DNA from: Felis catus
Lineage: Eukaryota
Length of the DNA stretch: 64,000 bases
Direction: 5' to 3'
Assembly (NCBI RefSeq): GCF_018350175.1
Contig: NC_058368.1
Location: 83,330,001-83,394,000 of the forward strand
Positions 63,770 to 64,000 of this stretch are shown piece after piece. Under the pieces are notes generated by a model, which did not search any database, had not been told where the DNA came from, and saw only the letters and a program-made list of their open reading frames with translations. Within the stretch, counting starts at the first letter, position 1; every line of letters begins with the position of its first letter. A program made the position numbers and the translations under genes.

Positions 63770-64000
63770 TAGCAATACAGGCCTACCTCAATAAGAAAAA
63801 AACAAAAACAACACCCCAAAACAATAATTTAATTTTATACCAAAAGGAACTAGAAATATAATAAACAAAGACCAAAGGCAGTAGAAGGAAGGAAATAATA
63901 AAGGCTACAGCAGAAACGAATAAAACAGAAAGTCCCCTCCACTCCTCAAAAAATAGAACAGATCAATTAATCCAGAAGCTGGTTCTTTGAAGTATCAATA
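63770..64000 (+). mobile_element. Host older L1 ORF2, right part
   Basis: tagcaatacaggcctacctc continues the L1 sequence interrupted at 57288. Confidence 0.85.

Overview
AT-rich mammalian DNA from a felid, judged by felid-type SINEC (CAN-SINE) and L1_Fc-like LINE-1 sequences. By eye, roughly three quarters of the window is retroelement. It holds two near full-length but ORF-disrupted L1_Fc-like LINE-1s (25.2-31.2 kb and 57.3-63.2 kb), several older carnivore/eutherian L1s and fragments, about 30 tRNA-derived SINEs, one solo LTR with a 6-bp TSD, and MIR/Tigger remnants. I could not establish any host protein-coding gene: the recognisable ORF-track entries are L1 pieces or SINE/antisense artefacts, and only weak exon-like candidates lie in the unique DNA. 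The most notable structures are (1) a clear L1 3' transduction of about 520 bp, (2) two older L1s whose 5'UTR deletions share a left breakpoint at a splice-donor-like position (candidate spliced L1 retrocopies), (3) a TSD-flanked 3-kb internally deleted L1, (4) a solo LTR with a duplicated 92-bp terminus and strongly asymmetric CpG loss, and (5) a TSD-less inverted L1 piece captured inside another L1. Family names are from recall, not from a database search, and boundaries without TSDs are approximate. I found no evidence of a wholly new biological system.
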